From contig AP026129.1 in assembly GCA_030295235.1 (NCBI GenBank), positions 1,240,001 through 1,304,000 on the forward strand: DNA of 64,000 nt, written 5' to 3'. Each line of letters starts with the position of its first letter. The first letter of the stretch is position 1. The position numbers were made by a program, and so were the translations under genes. Origin of the DNA: Fistulifera solaris. Lineage: Eukaryota. Positions 48,701 through 61,501 of the stretch are shown in pieces. The notes beneath the pieces were generated by a model, which saw only the letters and a list, made by a program, of their open reading frames with translations, searched no databases and was not told where the DNA came from.

Positions 48701-51700
48701 TCAAAACTACTTCCTGCCTTTAGCGGAGCAGTATGCTGCGGCGGACAAAGAATTTGCTATCGAATTAAGTGGAGCTGTGTGCGATTTCTGTCAGCACGCC
48801 GCCCTGAATTGTGACTCAGCAAATGCTTTACGGCGTGTCGTTAGTCTTTCTTCGTCTTTCGCATCTTCCAGTCGAACTAGTATCCTCAAGGAGAAGCGAA
48901 TAATCAAAGAGAAAAATCAGCTGATGCACCTTATCCTTGTTGTCTCCGACGCCGTTATGGAATTAGGCTGTCAACTCATTCAGTCGGAAAACGATATGCA
49001 CTACGTCATGGATGGTCTGTGGACGATGTACGAGTCATTGCCGGTAGATGGCCTATCCCCCATTGACGTTAGCGGAGACTACGTTAAGTTGTGTAAGTTG
49101 GCAGATAACCTTTTGCATGACTTGGTGGCGATTGAGATTTGCAGCAAATGGCGAGGTTCAGATGGATTCTTTCTTGTTATGCAACGCAGGAAGGGACGAG
49201 AATCTCTCTCGTCTACTGACACAGACATTGTTGCAAGCATTTGCGAAGCGTTTTGCAGCCAAGTTACTTTTTTTGAACACCGAGCCAGCGAAGATCTTCT
49301 TTCGCACTTGGTTGCTGATATAAATAGTTTGACCAGGATGGCTTTACACTGCGAGGTAGATGTAAAAGGATGCATTTTGAATGCCCTTCTTCGTCCTCTT
49401 CTTCAAACGGGTCAAATTCACCTTCTCGCCGAATTCATATCGATCAGTGAGCGATCGTGGCTCGACTTCGATAGCCTCAAAGGAGACATTGCCTTGTTTG
49501 TGAACGATGCTGCTTTTAGTGACGATGAAAACGTCTTAAATGGAGGTGTTAACGCAGCGATCAGCTGTCAGGAATTATTGAGTCACTTACTGCCCGGGAC
49601 CGACGTGATATTTAATGAGGTCCGTAAATACCTCGATGCAGCCCACTTTATTAATACCGCCATTCTCTCGACATCCGCTGAAATCATCAGCCCCGCAGAG
49701 GTTCGTCGCCTTAGCGGAGAAGCTCTTGTCGACTTGTTAATAGAACGAGATCCCTTTGTGGCAGTACTTCACGCGGAAAAGTGGAAAAACTCTGACTGGG
49801 CAAAAGCAACCAATGCGTTGATTCGGTCTGCCATGTCCCCTGCTAGTTTTTACGACAACAGCCCTGTGTCCCCCACAGAAGAGCGTGTACTTCCCGGACA
49901 AGCTATTCTTCGCTTAGCAAACATTCTTACCATGCAACAGGTTGAATTACTCACAATTAAAATTAAGATGGCACATTTGTGCACTCAGAATGCAATGTAT
50001 GGAGCAGCAGCAGCTCTTTGCCGATTGATCCTCGTGGAAAAGCCGATGCTTTCGCCATCACAAACGAATCGCTTACTGAGTGTCGTTATTCACCTGATTT
50101 CAGGCCATGACTACACCGACTTGGAAACAAAGCGGGAATTATGCATGCTCATATTTGCTCTGAAATACTGCGAGTTGTCCATGGACGCGTCAGCCAAATT
50201 AAATTCCGTTGTTGCATCGTCAACAAGGATGGATTATGAGCATTTTTCGAGTTATCGAGTCGTAAATCCAATGCCGTCGCTGCATCGCTTGTGTCGCGAC
50301 ACATCGGATGAGTATGCAGTCAATCTTGTTGATCTTTTACATCTCTTCATACTCAATCTGAAACTTTAACGGTTGATGATGAACTGTTAAACACTGTCGG
50401 GCGCTATACTGCTTTTTGGTGCATCGCTCAGTGTACAAGACCCAGGCTTGGGGATCCCCTACCATTCGATACAATTTGTATCACTTTCAATTTTTGCTAT
50501 CAAATTTCATTTTCCTTCATATTAACAACACGGCTTTGAGATCGACGTGCTTTGAGGAGATAAGAACGATATTTGCGGACCAAAAAGCTTCCGCTATGAA
50601 TCTGAATCTCCCTAACCTGGCAGTTGAATGGTTGAAACCAGCTGATTCAATTGTGCAGCGACTAACGAACCGAGGATACAGTCTCAATGGCGCTCTCCGT
50701 GCCACTTCGATGACACAAAACCGCGGCTACAACGATGCTCTGCAATGGGCGGTTTCGCACTCCTTGGACAAAGGATTTGACGATCCCATTCTTTTGCTTA
50801 AAAAACGCGAACAAGTCTATATTTTAAAGGAAGGTCTTGTCATAATGGACAGAGGAATGCTAGAGTTACCGCCGATGGCCTCAAATCTGAACAGCCGTGC
50901 TTCATTTGCCATGGAAATGGGTGTCGATACAGACTTTTCGACCAAACTTTACGAACCACAAGATGTCACAAAAAACTCAAAGTGTTTGAGAAAACTCGAA
51001 GCCTCAAATGGCAGCGTCAAGTCGGCCAGCATAAAGTCGACTGCGACACTTAATGAGGCACGTCTGGCCGAACCTTCTGAAGAGCATCGCGTTTGCGTGG
51101 AAAATAATGAAAGAGAAAAGGGCCCATTTCGGACCAAAAATGAGATGATATCCAATGGTTCCATCGAGGAAAGGCATGAGGCAAACGAGCTTCATCCGGG
51201 AGTCATAGTCGAGCAAAATGTGAAAGCGGAAGAACCAGTTCTTGGTACCACGCATCCGCCTCCTCGGCCAGGACTATCTGTCCCGCCTCCGCCACCGCCT
51301 CGAGACCTTATTCCTACGAAACCTCCTTCGGTTCCCGCAAATCTTGCTGATCCTACCTTTCCACAGCCTTCACCTCCTACCTTTCCACAGCCTTCACCCC
51401 GTCCTAAGCCAGTAGTTGCCCCTCCCCGCCGCCGCCACGTTCGACTCCACAAGCTTTACGCGCCGTACCTCTATCGGCTCATCCTCCGCAGGCAGCACCA
51501 CCGCAATCAGCGACAGTCCATCGAACGTACGCTTTACAAACCCCGAAACGCAAAGACGAACTGAATACTGTTCCATTGACTCCCAAGACTCGTTCTGTCA
51601 TGTTGAAACGCGGTGAAGTGCTTCTTCGAACATCCAAAGCTGCATCGCCGGATCTTCCACCAGACGATCGTCAACGATTGATTGCGGAAGGACGCCGCTT

Positions 51701-51998
51701 GCTCCAGCAAAGTCGACAAAAGGCCACTACACCATCGACCCAGCATCGTTATTCTCTGCGTAGCCGGGGATCCCCCATAGCTCTTTTTCACCAAGAAAGT
51801 CAGGACAGTCCAGCGAATGTAGGGCAACCCGCAATCAGTACGGATGTAAGGCACATGGAAGCCATAGACTCACCCACTAACTCGCAACCAATGACAAATG
51901 CACTCCGCAACAACATGAAAGGCGAAGATGCAGGAAACGCTTTCAAGGATGAAGATGTTGATGACGCTGGATGGGACTTTGATGAAGATGACTTATAA
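45715..51998 (+). CDS. NBAS: NBAS/Sec39/MIP2-like ER tethering subunit with UBA-like domain; multiple frameshifts
   Basis: N-terminal beta-rich region; LAISFAR....AL.....H......LDEIP.TIP..EY.HLLP and WY..R...IE motifs of the Sec39 domain; acidic GWDFDEDDL end. Confidence 0.75.
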
Positions 51999-52074
51999 AC
52001 TCTATTAATGTTTATTTTTTTCTTTTGCCGAATATATAATACAATTCTTAGTTCTTATCGATAAAAATCTTTCG

Positions 52075-53058
52075 TTATTCGTTGCCATTCTTGTCCAAAA
52101 ACTCCACCATCTCTTCATCTTCGGGTTTGGCCGATTCCCTTTCTTTCTTCATGCGCATGGGTGATTGTTGATACAAGCTACCTCCCACCAGACACAAACA
52201 AAGACCCAACAATCCGCCTGGTGCCGCGTGTTGATCCCAAATCAAACAATTCAATAAGATAGTCAAACATTTGTTCAAGACGCCAATGAGAGTAAACGAA
52301 GTGGCCGATACTTGGTCACGACACCACCAACTTGAGAATCCAATACCCGTCCCCGCGACACATCCCAAGAACAGCAAGAGCATAAGAGAAAACGAGATTT
52401 GTTGCACGCCTCCCTCGGAAGCGAATTGACCATATTCTCCACCCATGGCCGCGAAACACAACATGGGTGGAAGTCCCAACAAGTTGGTATACAATACCGG
52501 GCCTGCTTTGGTTTTAAGGTCGACACTTTGTATGATTTTCTTGCCGTAACACATTTCGAAGCAAATAATTAACAAATAAGCCGTCGGCCACCGGTAGGCC
52601 GACCATCCCTGGGTTTGAAATTGTGTATCAAAACTGGCATAAAAGATTGCTCCTAACACAATGAGTGACAAGGCTCCCCAACTGCGACGACTGGGATATT
52701 CTCGTCCCAGAAACAAAACATCCAAGACAGCCACCAAACAGGGTGACATTGCTCGAAAGACTACGACGGTCTCCACATTCGCTAGCGACAAACTCTTCAT
52801 ATTGCAATAAACTCCCAACGAGAAGGCGATAATATAGTAGAGATAAGGAACCACATACTCCCATTGCAACGGGTCGACTTGGAGTCGACCGGCAAAGTTA
52901 GCGGCATAAATGAACGCGACAGCTACCACCAATTGAAAGGAGACGACCAACGAAGGATACGGCAAACGGTGTAAGATCAGTTTATTGAGTAATACCAGTG
53001 TCCCGGAACAGGCGGAATACGCCAATACTGATAAAGTAACTTCGACGTTGGGTTTCAT
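52075..53058 (-). CDS. Golgi GDP-sugar (GDP-fucose/GDP-mannose) transporter, SLC35/GONST type
   Basis: About ten TM helices; LNK, NVETVVVFR, YTNLL, SATSFTLIGVLNK (GXLNK GDP-sugar motif). Confidence 0.9.
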   Translation of the reverse strand: MKPNVEVTLSVLAYSACSGTLVLLNKLILHRLPYPSLVVSFQLVVAVAFIYAANFAGRLQVDPLQWEYVVPYLYYIIAFSLGVYCNMKSLSLANVETVVVFRAMSPCLVAVLDVLFLGREYPSRRSWGALSLIVLGAIFYASFDTQFQTQGWSAYRWPTAYLLIICFEMCYGKKIIQSVDLKTKAGPVLYTNLLGLPPMLCFAAMGGEYGQFASEGGVQQISFSLMLLLFLGCVAGTGIGFSSWWCRDQVSATSFTLIGVLNKCLTILLNCLIWDQHAAPGGLLGLCLCLVGGSLYQQSPMRMKKERESAKPEDEEMVEFLDKNGNE

Positions 53059-53444
53059 TAGTGAGTAAGATAGATAGAACTTTGAAATGATTTCTCTAGG
53101 AAGGTAATATTAGTAGTACCATTTGTAGTTTTCAGTCATTCGACTTTATCGAGTTCATCATCATCTATTTTTGCGCCTTGGCGCGACCTTGGAGGGCTGG
53201 CAAACAGAAAGTACTGGTACTTTCGAAGAACAGCTAACAGCTTACCCCTTTCGGAACAAGATACAATCGCTCCGGTATTGTCAGTCCGTCGCTACTACGT
53301 ATAGCTATTGCGTCACAAACATTTCTTTCTCGCGATTCAACCGCAAAAATAAAAAGAAAATAAACGAGAAACACATCAACACAACAGATACCTCGTTTGG
53401 TTGGTAACTCTTTCGCAACAAAGGAGAATGATTAGTGACAGAAA

Positions 53445-54879
53445 ATGAACGCTAGAACAACTCTATTATTCTGCTTGCTCATGTTCGTTCGAAGAAATTT
53501 TGCGTTCTTCCTTTCTTCTTCTTCTACCCAACGAACGACGACCGTTCGACGCGACGTTCATCCTTCACCGAACTATATCCTACGCGATGAGATCTTGCAA
53601 CAATCCTCAACACTCCAATTAGCACCCATGATGGATTATACCGATCGACATTTCCGTCATTTGATTCGTTTGTTGTCCAAACAAACATTGCTTTATACCG
53701 AAATGGTGTCCGCCAACGCGGTCGCACACGAACGACAGTTTCATCAAACACACTATCGTCAACAACATCCCGAAGCTTGTCTCGATACAATGTTACAAAA
53801 CTACAATATCGATTATATTGCCACACGATTCCTGGCCCAAGGAACCGCTCAGGAAGGACCTTCCATACTGCAATTGGGTGGTTCCGATCCGGATCTGTTG
53901 TATCAAGCGGCTCAAGCCGTGTCGGAATTGTCCCAGCGTTCATATTCCGACTATCACTGCAACTACACGGCCTTGAATCTCAATTGTGGTTGTCCGTCTC
54001 CCAAAGTCGCCGGAAAAGGTTGTTTCGGTGCCGCGCTCATGGACGATCCCGTGTTAGTACGAGACTTGTGTCACGCCCTGTACGAAGGAGGCCAACAACA
54101 ATATCCGGTCACCGTCAAGTGTCGAATTGGGACCGATACAAAACGGTCCTGGAAAGATGACAACAATAACAACAATTACGACGAAGCCTTGTATCAGGAC
54201 TTGTGTCATTTCATTGAAACTGTCGCGGCCGGAGGGATCGTTCAAGAGTTTACCATCCACGCCCGGATTGCCGTGTTGACCAAATCCTTTTCTCCGGCGG
54301 ACAATCGCAAAATACCACCTCTCAAATATCATCTCATTCAACGCTTGGTACAGGATTATCCTCATTTGCGGTTTATTCTGAATGGTGGGATCGAAAGTAT
54401 ACCACAAGTGCAAGACCAACTGCACCGTGTGCCCGGATTACGTGGTGTCATGGTCGGCCGAGCTTTTGTGCAGATCCGTGGCGCTTCAGTGGCGCGGATG
54501 CGCTCCTTTATCATTCCAACGATACAGAAGTACCACTCCACCGATGGCACATTTTGCAACAATATGCCCAATACGCCGATGCACAAGAACAACAATACGA
54601 TCCGACGACGATTCGACGATTTTTGATAAAAGCTGTAACGGGATTGTTTGCGGGAGAACCCAACTCGAAAAAGTACCGGATTGCTTTGGACGAGATTGCG
54701 GGATTGCCCAAAAGGGGATCCACACTCCCGTTTCGGAACTGTTGTTGGAGGCGGCGACGAAACACTTATCCGAAGAAACCTTGTTTCGATCACCGTTGGA
54801 AAGTTATGAATTGCAAACGCAGGGACAAAACAAAGATTTGGTACAGGAATGGCAAGCCGATCGCCAAGTCATCCTGTAA
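53445..54879 (+). CDS. dusA: tRNA-dihydrouridine synthase (DusA-like), organelle-targeted; frameshifts near 54468 and 54725
   Basis: LAPMMDYTDRHFR, LYTEMV, QLGGSDP, LNLNCGCPSPKV, TVKCRIG, IHAR, NRKIPPLKY, NGGI, GVMVGRA. Confidence 0.92.
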
Positions 54880-54951
54880 TGCTCTAGGGTACTGTACTGC
54901 ACTTTTTTCATTCTATTGTAACAACTGGTGCGTTTTATTTTCATTTTGTTT

Positions 54952-55859
54952 TCATCCTCCTCGATCCATCTTTTGTGTCGTGGGTGTCACGGATGGCATC
55001 TTTTGCAATTCATGACCTTGTTGGGCCACCATACATCCTGCCGCCAACAATCGTACCGACTGGATACCCCGCCACAACGTCCAGGCAATTTGAAAACACG
55101 CCCGACTCGCCCGGCGACCATTCTGACTGCATTCTTGTCCCCCAGTACTGTCCACGGCACAACAACCCACACAACAAGAACAGATGTGCAAACAGCACGC
55201 GATTCGGAAACAGTGATGCATTATATTCCCAAAGAATGTGGCACATTTTTCTTGTCGAATTTCCGTGTCATCTTGACCCAAATGGTATTCTTCTCGTACC
55301 ATTCGACGCGTAACGTTATGGGCACAACAGATACTTTGGAGTCCACCCAAACAGGTCACCTCGAGACACAAAAGAGGTGGGGACAATTTTGTTCCCCGTA
55401 CGTTCCGGCATGAATGGTAATAATGGGTGCAGAAGGACATTGTCGGGCACAACATTGAGGTCCATCGTGATAGCCCTGCCATAATTTGTATTGGGTCATA
55501 TCCCCACGCAACGCCTGATACCGTGCCATCCATTGACCGCCGCAAGGACAAAGTGTGGCAAAACAACAAAGGGCCGGCTTAATGGTGGGTGCTTGTAACA
55601 TGGTAATACTCCAACCACCCCCCGGACCTTGTGGTTGAGTTTCATTTTCCGGTTGTGGTGAAAAACAAAAAATGCAAGGAAAGGCCAGAGGACTGCCCAA
55701 ACACCAAATAGCGTCAGCGCAATATTCGATCGCGGGGCTATCGGTCGTGGCCAGTGTCAGAAATCGAGAAAAAAATAACATTCACGTAACAAACGTGTAT
55801 CGGAACAAAACCAGGACGACGACGACTCACCTAATGGCCTCTAAACCATCCGCGCACAT
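54952..55859 (-). CDS. PLAC8 (Cys-rich) family protein, two exons, frameshift ~55365
   Basis: W...ML.AP....CC....CPC; L.GDMTQY...QGY; GEQNCP..CLEV; CCVGCC; intron ~55830-55738. Confidence 0.75.
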
Positions 55860-56510
55860 CCCAAAAGCCGGATCCAGGCCTACAAAAATGCGATATATAT
55901 AGCAATTCAGTTCACAGATTATAGAATTGAGAAAAAACGAACATCGAAACCAAAGGAGATCGTACCACATCCATTTTTCCAGCATTCACAACAATTCTTG
56001 TCCACGATACCGCTCACAAATTGCGACATTTCCGTTGCAACGCTTTAGGTATACCTAATTCAAACGTCCTTTCGATCCAATAAACATCCCTCGCGGATTG
56101 TGCTTGTGATCAACTTCGTCTTTATTGACAGAAAGGGGCAAGATGCCGAAGGACAAGAAAAGATCGCGCGTCGTGATGAAGGGTCATTCCGTGGCACAGT
56201 TGAGTACTTAGGTGAACACGAGTACCAGATCCAGTACCGCTTCCTATGTTCGATCCTCGAGTATCCAGTCGTTGAGACATGCTGGCGCGCCAGGATTGTA
56301 TTTGGTTCTATGCTGTGTCGCGCAGCGTGCAGCTTGTCACTTGGGTCTTGCGGTGGGATTTTGGTCGCCACATTTTTGGCGTTCGCAACAAAAATAAGAC
56401 GAAACATGCGAAACCATTCAGAACAACAAAACGAACCATGACAACAAGTCGATGAACAAGCCACGAAGTTAAACGCATTTCATATTTGAAAGCGATATAT
56501 TTAAGTGCTC

Positions 56511-58028
56511 ATGATCCGCCTGATTCCCTTCATATTATTACTGCTAGACGCCGCAGACGCGAGCCGGAATTGGGTCGATTTGGTCGATTCTTCCAAACTC
56601 CAACCTCTCGATTCGAATGTAATTCACTATCTCCTACAATTTGACCCCTTTTTAACATCAGATGATATCGAGGGATGAAAAAAGTGACGAAAAAGAACCA
56701 TCCGACCCCGACGCCGACGATGATGATGATTCTTCATCTGCCGCACCTTCGGACTCCAATACCGCCTACCCGCTGACACTACCTCCTCATAACGATACAC
56801 CTGTTTTATGGGAACCTCCCGAGTTACCCATCCTGAATGTCACCAATAATGAATCATTCCCCGAGAAACCATTGCCGGCCGTACCCATGCCGTGGTATTT
56901 CAATTATGATTCCACTTCTAATTATGGTCCAGGTGAAATTGGTCTATTTTCCAAAGAAGGCTTGTTTGACATTAACGTACACAACAATCATTGGGGACAG
57001 GTTGAATTAGCGCCACTGTCGTATTGGGAAGAATTTACCGCGGACGGTTGGGGACCCTATCAGGGCGTCCTGGACAATCACGATCCCACCAATCGCAATT
57101 TGTGCGAGAAAGGCAGCATGCAAAGTCCCATTGATGTCCGCGAGAATGGGGGAGGTGTGTGTAAGGAAACACATCAGATCCATACGCACGCGGGTGATTT
57201 CGGAGTCCGTAGTGATCATGTACGGCACGAAATTCATCCCAACAAATTGCGTCTCTGGTACGATCGAAGACCCTGCGCGGATTTTGTCAACGATGAAGCG
57301 TGTGCGGAACCAGATCCACCCTTTGCCGATTTTCCCAATGGATGGGGTGGATATTCGGATGTGTTACATGTGGACTTTAAGGTTCCGGGTGAACATCGGA
57401 TATGGAATGAACAATTTGATGCGGAGATGCAAATATTTCACATTCATTACGGGCGTCGTCGTTTACCGACGCAAGCGGTGTTGATCCGGGCGCGAGACGA
57501 TGGCCACAATGCGTATTTGGAAGAAGTATTGACACTGTTCGAGTATGAATATGATTTGAATCAAGCGAAATGTGCTCGACGGTTACGAGAACAAAGGCGT
57601 TTGCACAGTCAAGTACATAGCCTGCTGGGAAACAACACGCCCAACGATAGCCATTTCAATAGCTGGGCCAATTTTTCCACCCTACTGGATCGACCCGGAA
57701 TCGAGCAAGAACAACACAAACGTCGACTCCAAAACTCGGTGTGGGACCCCCATCACTCGATGTTGGTGCCCTCCATATACTTTTATCGGTACGATGGATC
57801 CCTCACGGAACCTCCCTGCGGTGAATTTGTTTCCTGGTTTGTTTGTGACACACCGATGATCATCAGTTTTGAGCAACTGGAACGAATGAAAAGATCTTAT
57901 TCACCAATGTCGATGAAAACTGCCGTCTCACCAGTATCCATCATGACGAAAGTGTCGCACGACCGATTCGTCCCATTGGAGAACGTCCCGTCTGGAGATG
58001 TACCGAACAAGACTACGGTCCTTCATGA
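56511..58028 (+). CDS. Alpha-carbonic-anhydrase-like secretory protein with substituted Zn ligands
   Basis: Signal MIRLIPFILLLLDAADA; QSPIDV, PGEH, DAEMQIFH, YRYDGSLTEPPCGEFVSW, ARP; frameshifts ~56655 and ~57890. Confidence 0.85.
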
Positions 58029-58109
58029 GAGCGCTACCTTTCTGTCAATTTGTAAATAAAAAGTATACAAGAAACTCTATTTTATCGTTCTTGTTTTCAC
58101 TTCTTGTTT

Positions 58110-59174
58110 TCACCGCTTGGTTGATCCAATTTTGATCAGTGCCAGTTCCACAAAGGCCACATGATACACCACGGTCCCTTGTTCGGAACGCGGTTCGACT
58201 TTGGCCAGGAGGGCCAATTTAGCGGCCGTATGTAAACAACGAACGTATCCGGTCATATCGTAGGCCGTTGGAAACTTCGACGACAGCACACGCAATCCCG
58301 CAAAAGCATGGCATTCATCTCGTGGTGCCTCATACAACAAATAATCGCTTCCAAATTTGGCTCCACAAGAAACATGTAAGGAAGTGCCAGCATGCAAGGC
58401 TTGTATCACCGCGGCTCGTTCCAGATCCGCGGAGGAAACGTCCCGTAAAGGAAACGTACTCAACAAATCATCATCTTTTGGGAAGGAAGAAACAAGAGTG
58501 TCATTCGTTCCCATGGATTCTGGACGCATCCGACTCCAGACCGCCGGCACGACATCATACACCATGGCCCGCATCTCTTCCGCCTGTCGAACCTGTTCGG
58601 CTGCTTGCATGGATTGTTTGAGCGCGATGGCCCACGATTGGGCTAAATCATCATCGACAAGCACTGACAAGGGCTGTTCGAGCAAGATGCGACTCATGGG
58701 CGGCGCAATTGCCACGGGAGGTACCTTGTTACGTTCTCCGGCCAAATCAGCCCATTCTTGCTCCAATGCTGCTGGGTTGATGGGGAGATGATACAGGTGA
58801 TCACCCTTCAAAAAATCAGGGATCGAGCGTTTCCGTTTTTTCGACCTCGCATCCGCTTCGGCGTGCAAAGCCGCTTCTTCTTGCAGCTGCAGTTGTTTGC
58901 GTTGTTTCTTTGCGAGATGTTGTTCTTGTCGCAATTTTAATTTCAGTTCTTTCTTTTCCTGTCGGTTCATGCGTCGTTCGACTCCAGTTTCCGAATCGGT
59001 AATGGTAAATGTTACTGTCTGAGGACTGGTTCGCTCCATAGATTGCCGGGCCGCAACGACGGTAGCACTGGGACGAATCCGGCGAACTCCGACATAGAGC
59101 GGAGGAAGACGATGTTCCGACAAGGCTTGCGTCAATTCCGACGAAAAAACGACCGTGATTTGGGATTGCTCCAT
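58110..59174 (-). CDS. tRNA-splicing endonuclease catalytic subunit (Sen34/Sen2-like)
   Basis: CGAKFGSDYLLY......HA...VR....AK matches the Tyr-His-Lys triad region of tRNA intron endonucleases. Confidence 0.78.
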   Translation of the reverse strand: MEQSQITVVFSSELTQALSEHRLPPLYVGVRRIRPSATVVAARQSMERTSPQTVTFTITDSETGVERRMNRQEKKELKLKLRQEQHLAKKQRKQLQLQEEAALHAEADARSKKRKRSIPDFLKGDHLYHLPINPAALEQEWADLAGERNKVPPVAIAPPMSRILLEQPLSVLVDDDLAQSWAIALKQSMQAAEQVRQAEEMRAMVYDVVPAVWSRMRPESMGTNDTLVSSFPKDDDLLSTFPLRDVSSADLERAAVIQALHAGTSLHVSCGAKFGSDYLLYEAPRDECHAFAGLRVLSSKFPTAYDMTGYVRCLHTAAKLALLAKVEPRSEQGTVVYHVAFVELALIKIGSTKR

Positions 59175-59499
59175 CTGAAAACTGGAAAAGACGAATCGGA
59201 AGCGCAACAGACTCTAGGATGAGTCGATAATGGTATTTAGATTGCAATAATATGAATAGAAGTAGATCCTCAAAAGAAAAATAACTTGTTCAAAAATCGG
59301 GTGGTCCGTATGTCTTTCACATTTGGGTACTGGTGCGATTCGTTTGTGATTTCCATTATTCCGAATTGACGATCACAATCGCGCTCTAGGTACTAGTACA
59401 ACGGTTCTAGTTCGATCCATTCAGAATTTATCAATAATCATCACTCTATCATTCTTATGCTTATTTTGATTTTTTATGAAAAAACTGTTGCTTGATTCT

Positions 59500-61395
59500 C
59501 TACAATCCCCAAACAACAAGAAGAATGACAACAGCCACCCACCCCGATCCTGTCGGAACAGCAAAACTATCATCATCGATTGGTGCATTCGTCTCACTGG
59601 AAGGAGTCGTTGTCGTCGTCGAATCATCCCCCGAAAGCATCGATGGCGCCGGAGATACAGTACCCACCAAGGAAGCATCGGACGGTGCCGTGCAGGGTCC
59701 CGCGTAGTCACCCGCGCAGGGTGACAAACACTGCGGACCGGTCCAACCCGCGGGACACACGCAACTCCCATTCTTACAAGTACCTTCAGTTTGCTGGGAT
59801 CCTTGACAATCACTGTTTGCCAAACAAACACCACCACCGCGTTGGACCATAGACAAGGGTGCTTCGTTCACAAAGGGATTGAAGGTATACTTTTCCCAAT
59901 TCGCATCAATGTACTCGCGAGTTTCCAAACCGGGCGGATCGCACGTGACCGAATGTCCTTTGGACGGATTCTGATAAATGCGGACATAATCAATTTGAAA
60001 AGCGACGGGATTGGTGGCATCCAACTCGCGGCAAAGATCCGCCAACCACGTTGTGGCCTCGGGACAAAGCAAACAACCGGGATTGCCACAGTCGGTACAC
60101 GTCAACTGACTGTCGGCACTGCAAAAACCTGGATTCGCCAAGGAGCAGGGAGATTGGGGATCGCAGCCGTTCCATCCCCACCGTGGGGAAATGTCAGTAT
60201 TCAGGACTGTACAAAGAAAATTGAGAAAGACATTGTTTCACGATCGTCGACCTTTGTTGTTTAGGTACTTACTCAAATACATGGCTTCATACGGTATTTG
60301 TGGGACCGCATCGGCCGCTCCGGGACGAGCATTCAACATTTCCTGCGTAATCTCGTACATTAGTTCGCCTTCTCCATTGTACCAGCGAATGTATTGACCC
60401 GGTTCCCATTCCGTACGAATAATCGTTTGTTGTTGATAGTAGCGTTCCGAATGTTGCCAGGTCACTGATAAACCATCCTGCCACAAGGGCGGATCCTCTT
60501 GAATGAGTTGACCGTACCAGTAATTGTTGATCATGCGTGGATTCTCCGTGGCATTCAAACCGCCGTACGCATCTCCACCAAACGGAAACAAGTCGGGATA
60601 CCAATTTCCATCCTGGGGCATGGCGGGAGATATCGCACGTAACGAATCCGCGATCCCCGGGGCAACTTGTAAGGAAGAAGAAATTTGCGGTCGTCCTAAT
60701 TGCACATCGCGTCGTGTTCCATCCACGTGTGGTACATTGGAATATCGTAATACATAGTCTCCCGGTTGGGCTTCAATGATGTCAATTTCCGGACTCCCTC
60801 GTCCTCGTCCACCTTGACACGCACTCGCCGCTTGTCCGGCTGCGGCCTGCACGGCTTCCTTGGACGTTCCACAGGTATCGTAACTCCACGGCCACATGCC
60901 TTCGGTGCTAGTCAAATATCCGGGCCGCGCCAAATTGCCCAACATCCAAAAGGCCGGCCAGAGTCCGCCCCGATTAGGGGAACCCGGCAATTGCATCGAC
61001 AATTCAATGACACCGCCGGTAAAACAAAATTTATTCCACGTTGAGACCAATCCCGACTGATACGGACGTTCAAAGTGGTAGGGATTGCCCTGTGCATCAT
61101 ATTCCGTCCATTTGGCCCATTCACGTTTCGAAGCAATCGCGAGTTTGCCATCGGCCGTAGTGATGGTGGACGAATTGTAATAGTGCAAGGCGGCATTCGT
61201 GACACCGGGACGATCTTCGGCGGTCCATTTGGTGTCATGACCGTCCGTAAAGGAACGTCTCGCATCGTCAAATTCATCGGAAAAGACCAACGTGTAGCCG
61301 GTCGTCGGGTCGGTGCGAGCGGCCGTCGGGGTTTGTTCATCGATCCAAGAAGCACGCACCGCGATGCAGCTGCACAAAAGGAACGTGAGTCGCAT
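59500..61395 (-). CDS. GH16 KRE6/SKN1-like beta-1,6-transglycosylase (diatom TGS type) with EGF-like module and hydrophobic C-terminus
   Basis: LVFSDEF, WNKFCFTGG, GLWPAFWMLGNLAR, WPWSYDTC, GRGSPEIDIIE, EAMYL|ILN (intron ~60271-60207), IDYVRIYQ, CDPP. Confidence 0.92.
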
Positions 61396-61501
61396 TGATA
61401 TTCTTTGTCAATCAATAATAGAAAGTTAGGATCTGTTCACGTTTTTATGTTCCGAGTCAATTTTTATTATTTTGTGATGTGCTTCTCGCTTCTTGGACGC
61501 C

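Noticed and set aside
17900..59174. Apparent cluster of tRNA-related genes (hisS, dusA, splicing endonuclease)
   Set aside because: Spread over 40 kb among unrelated genes; consistent with chance
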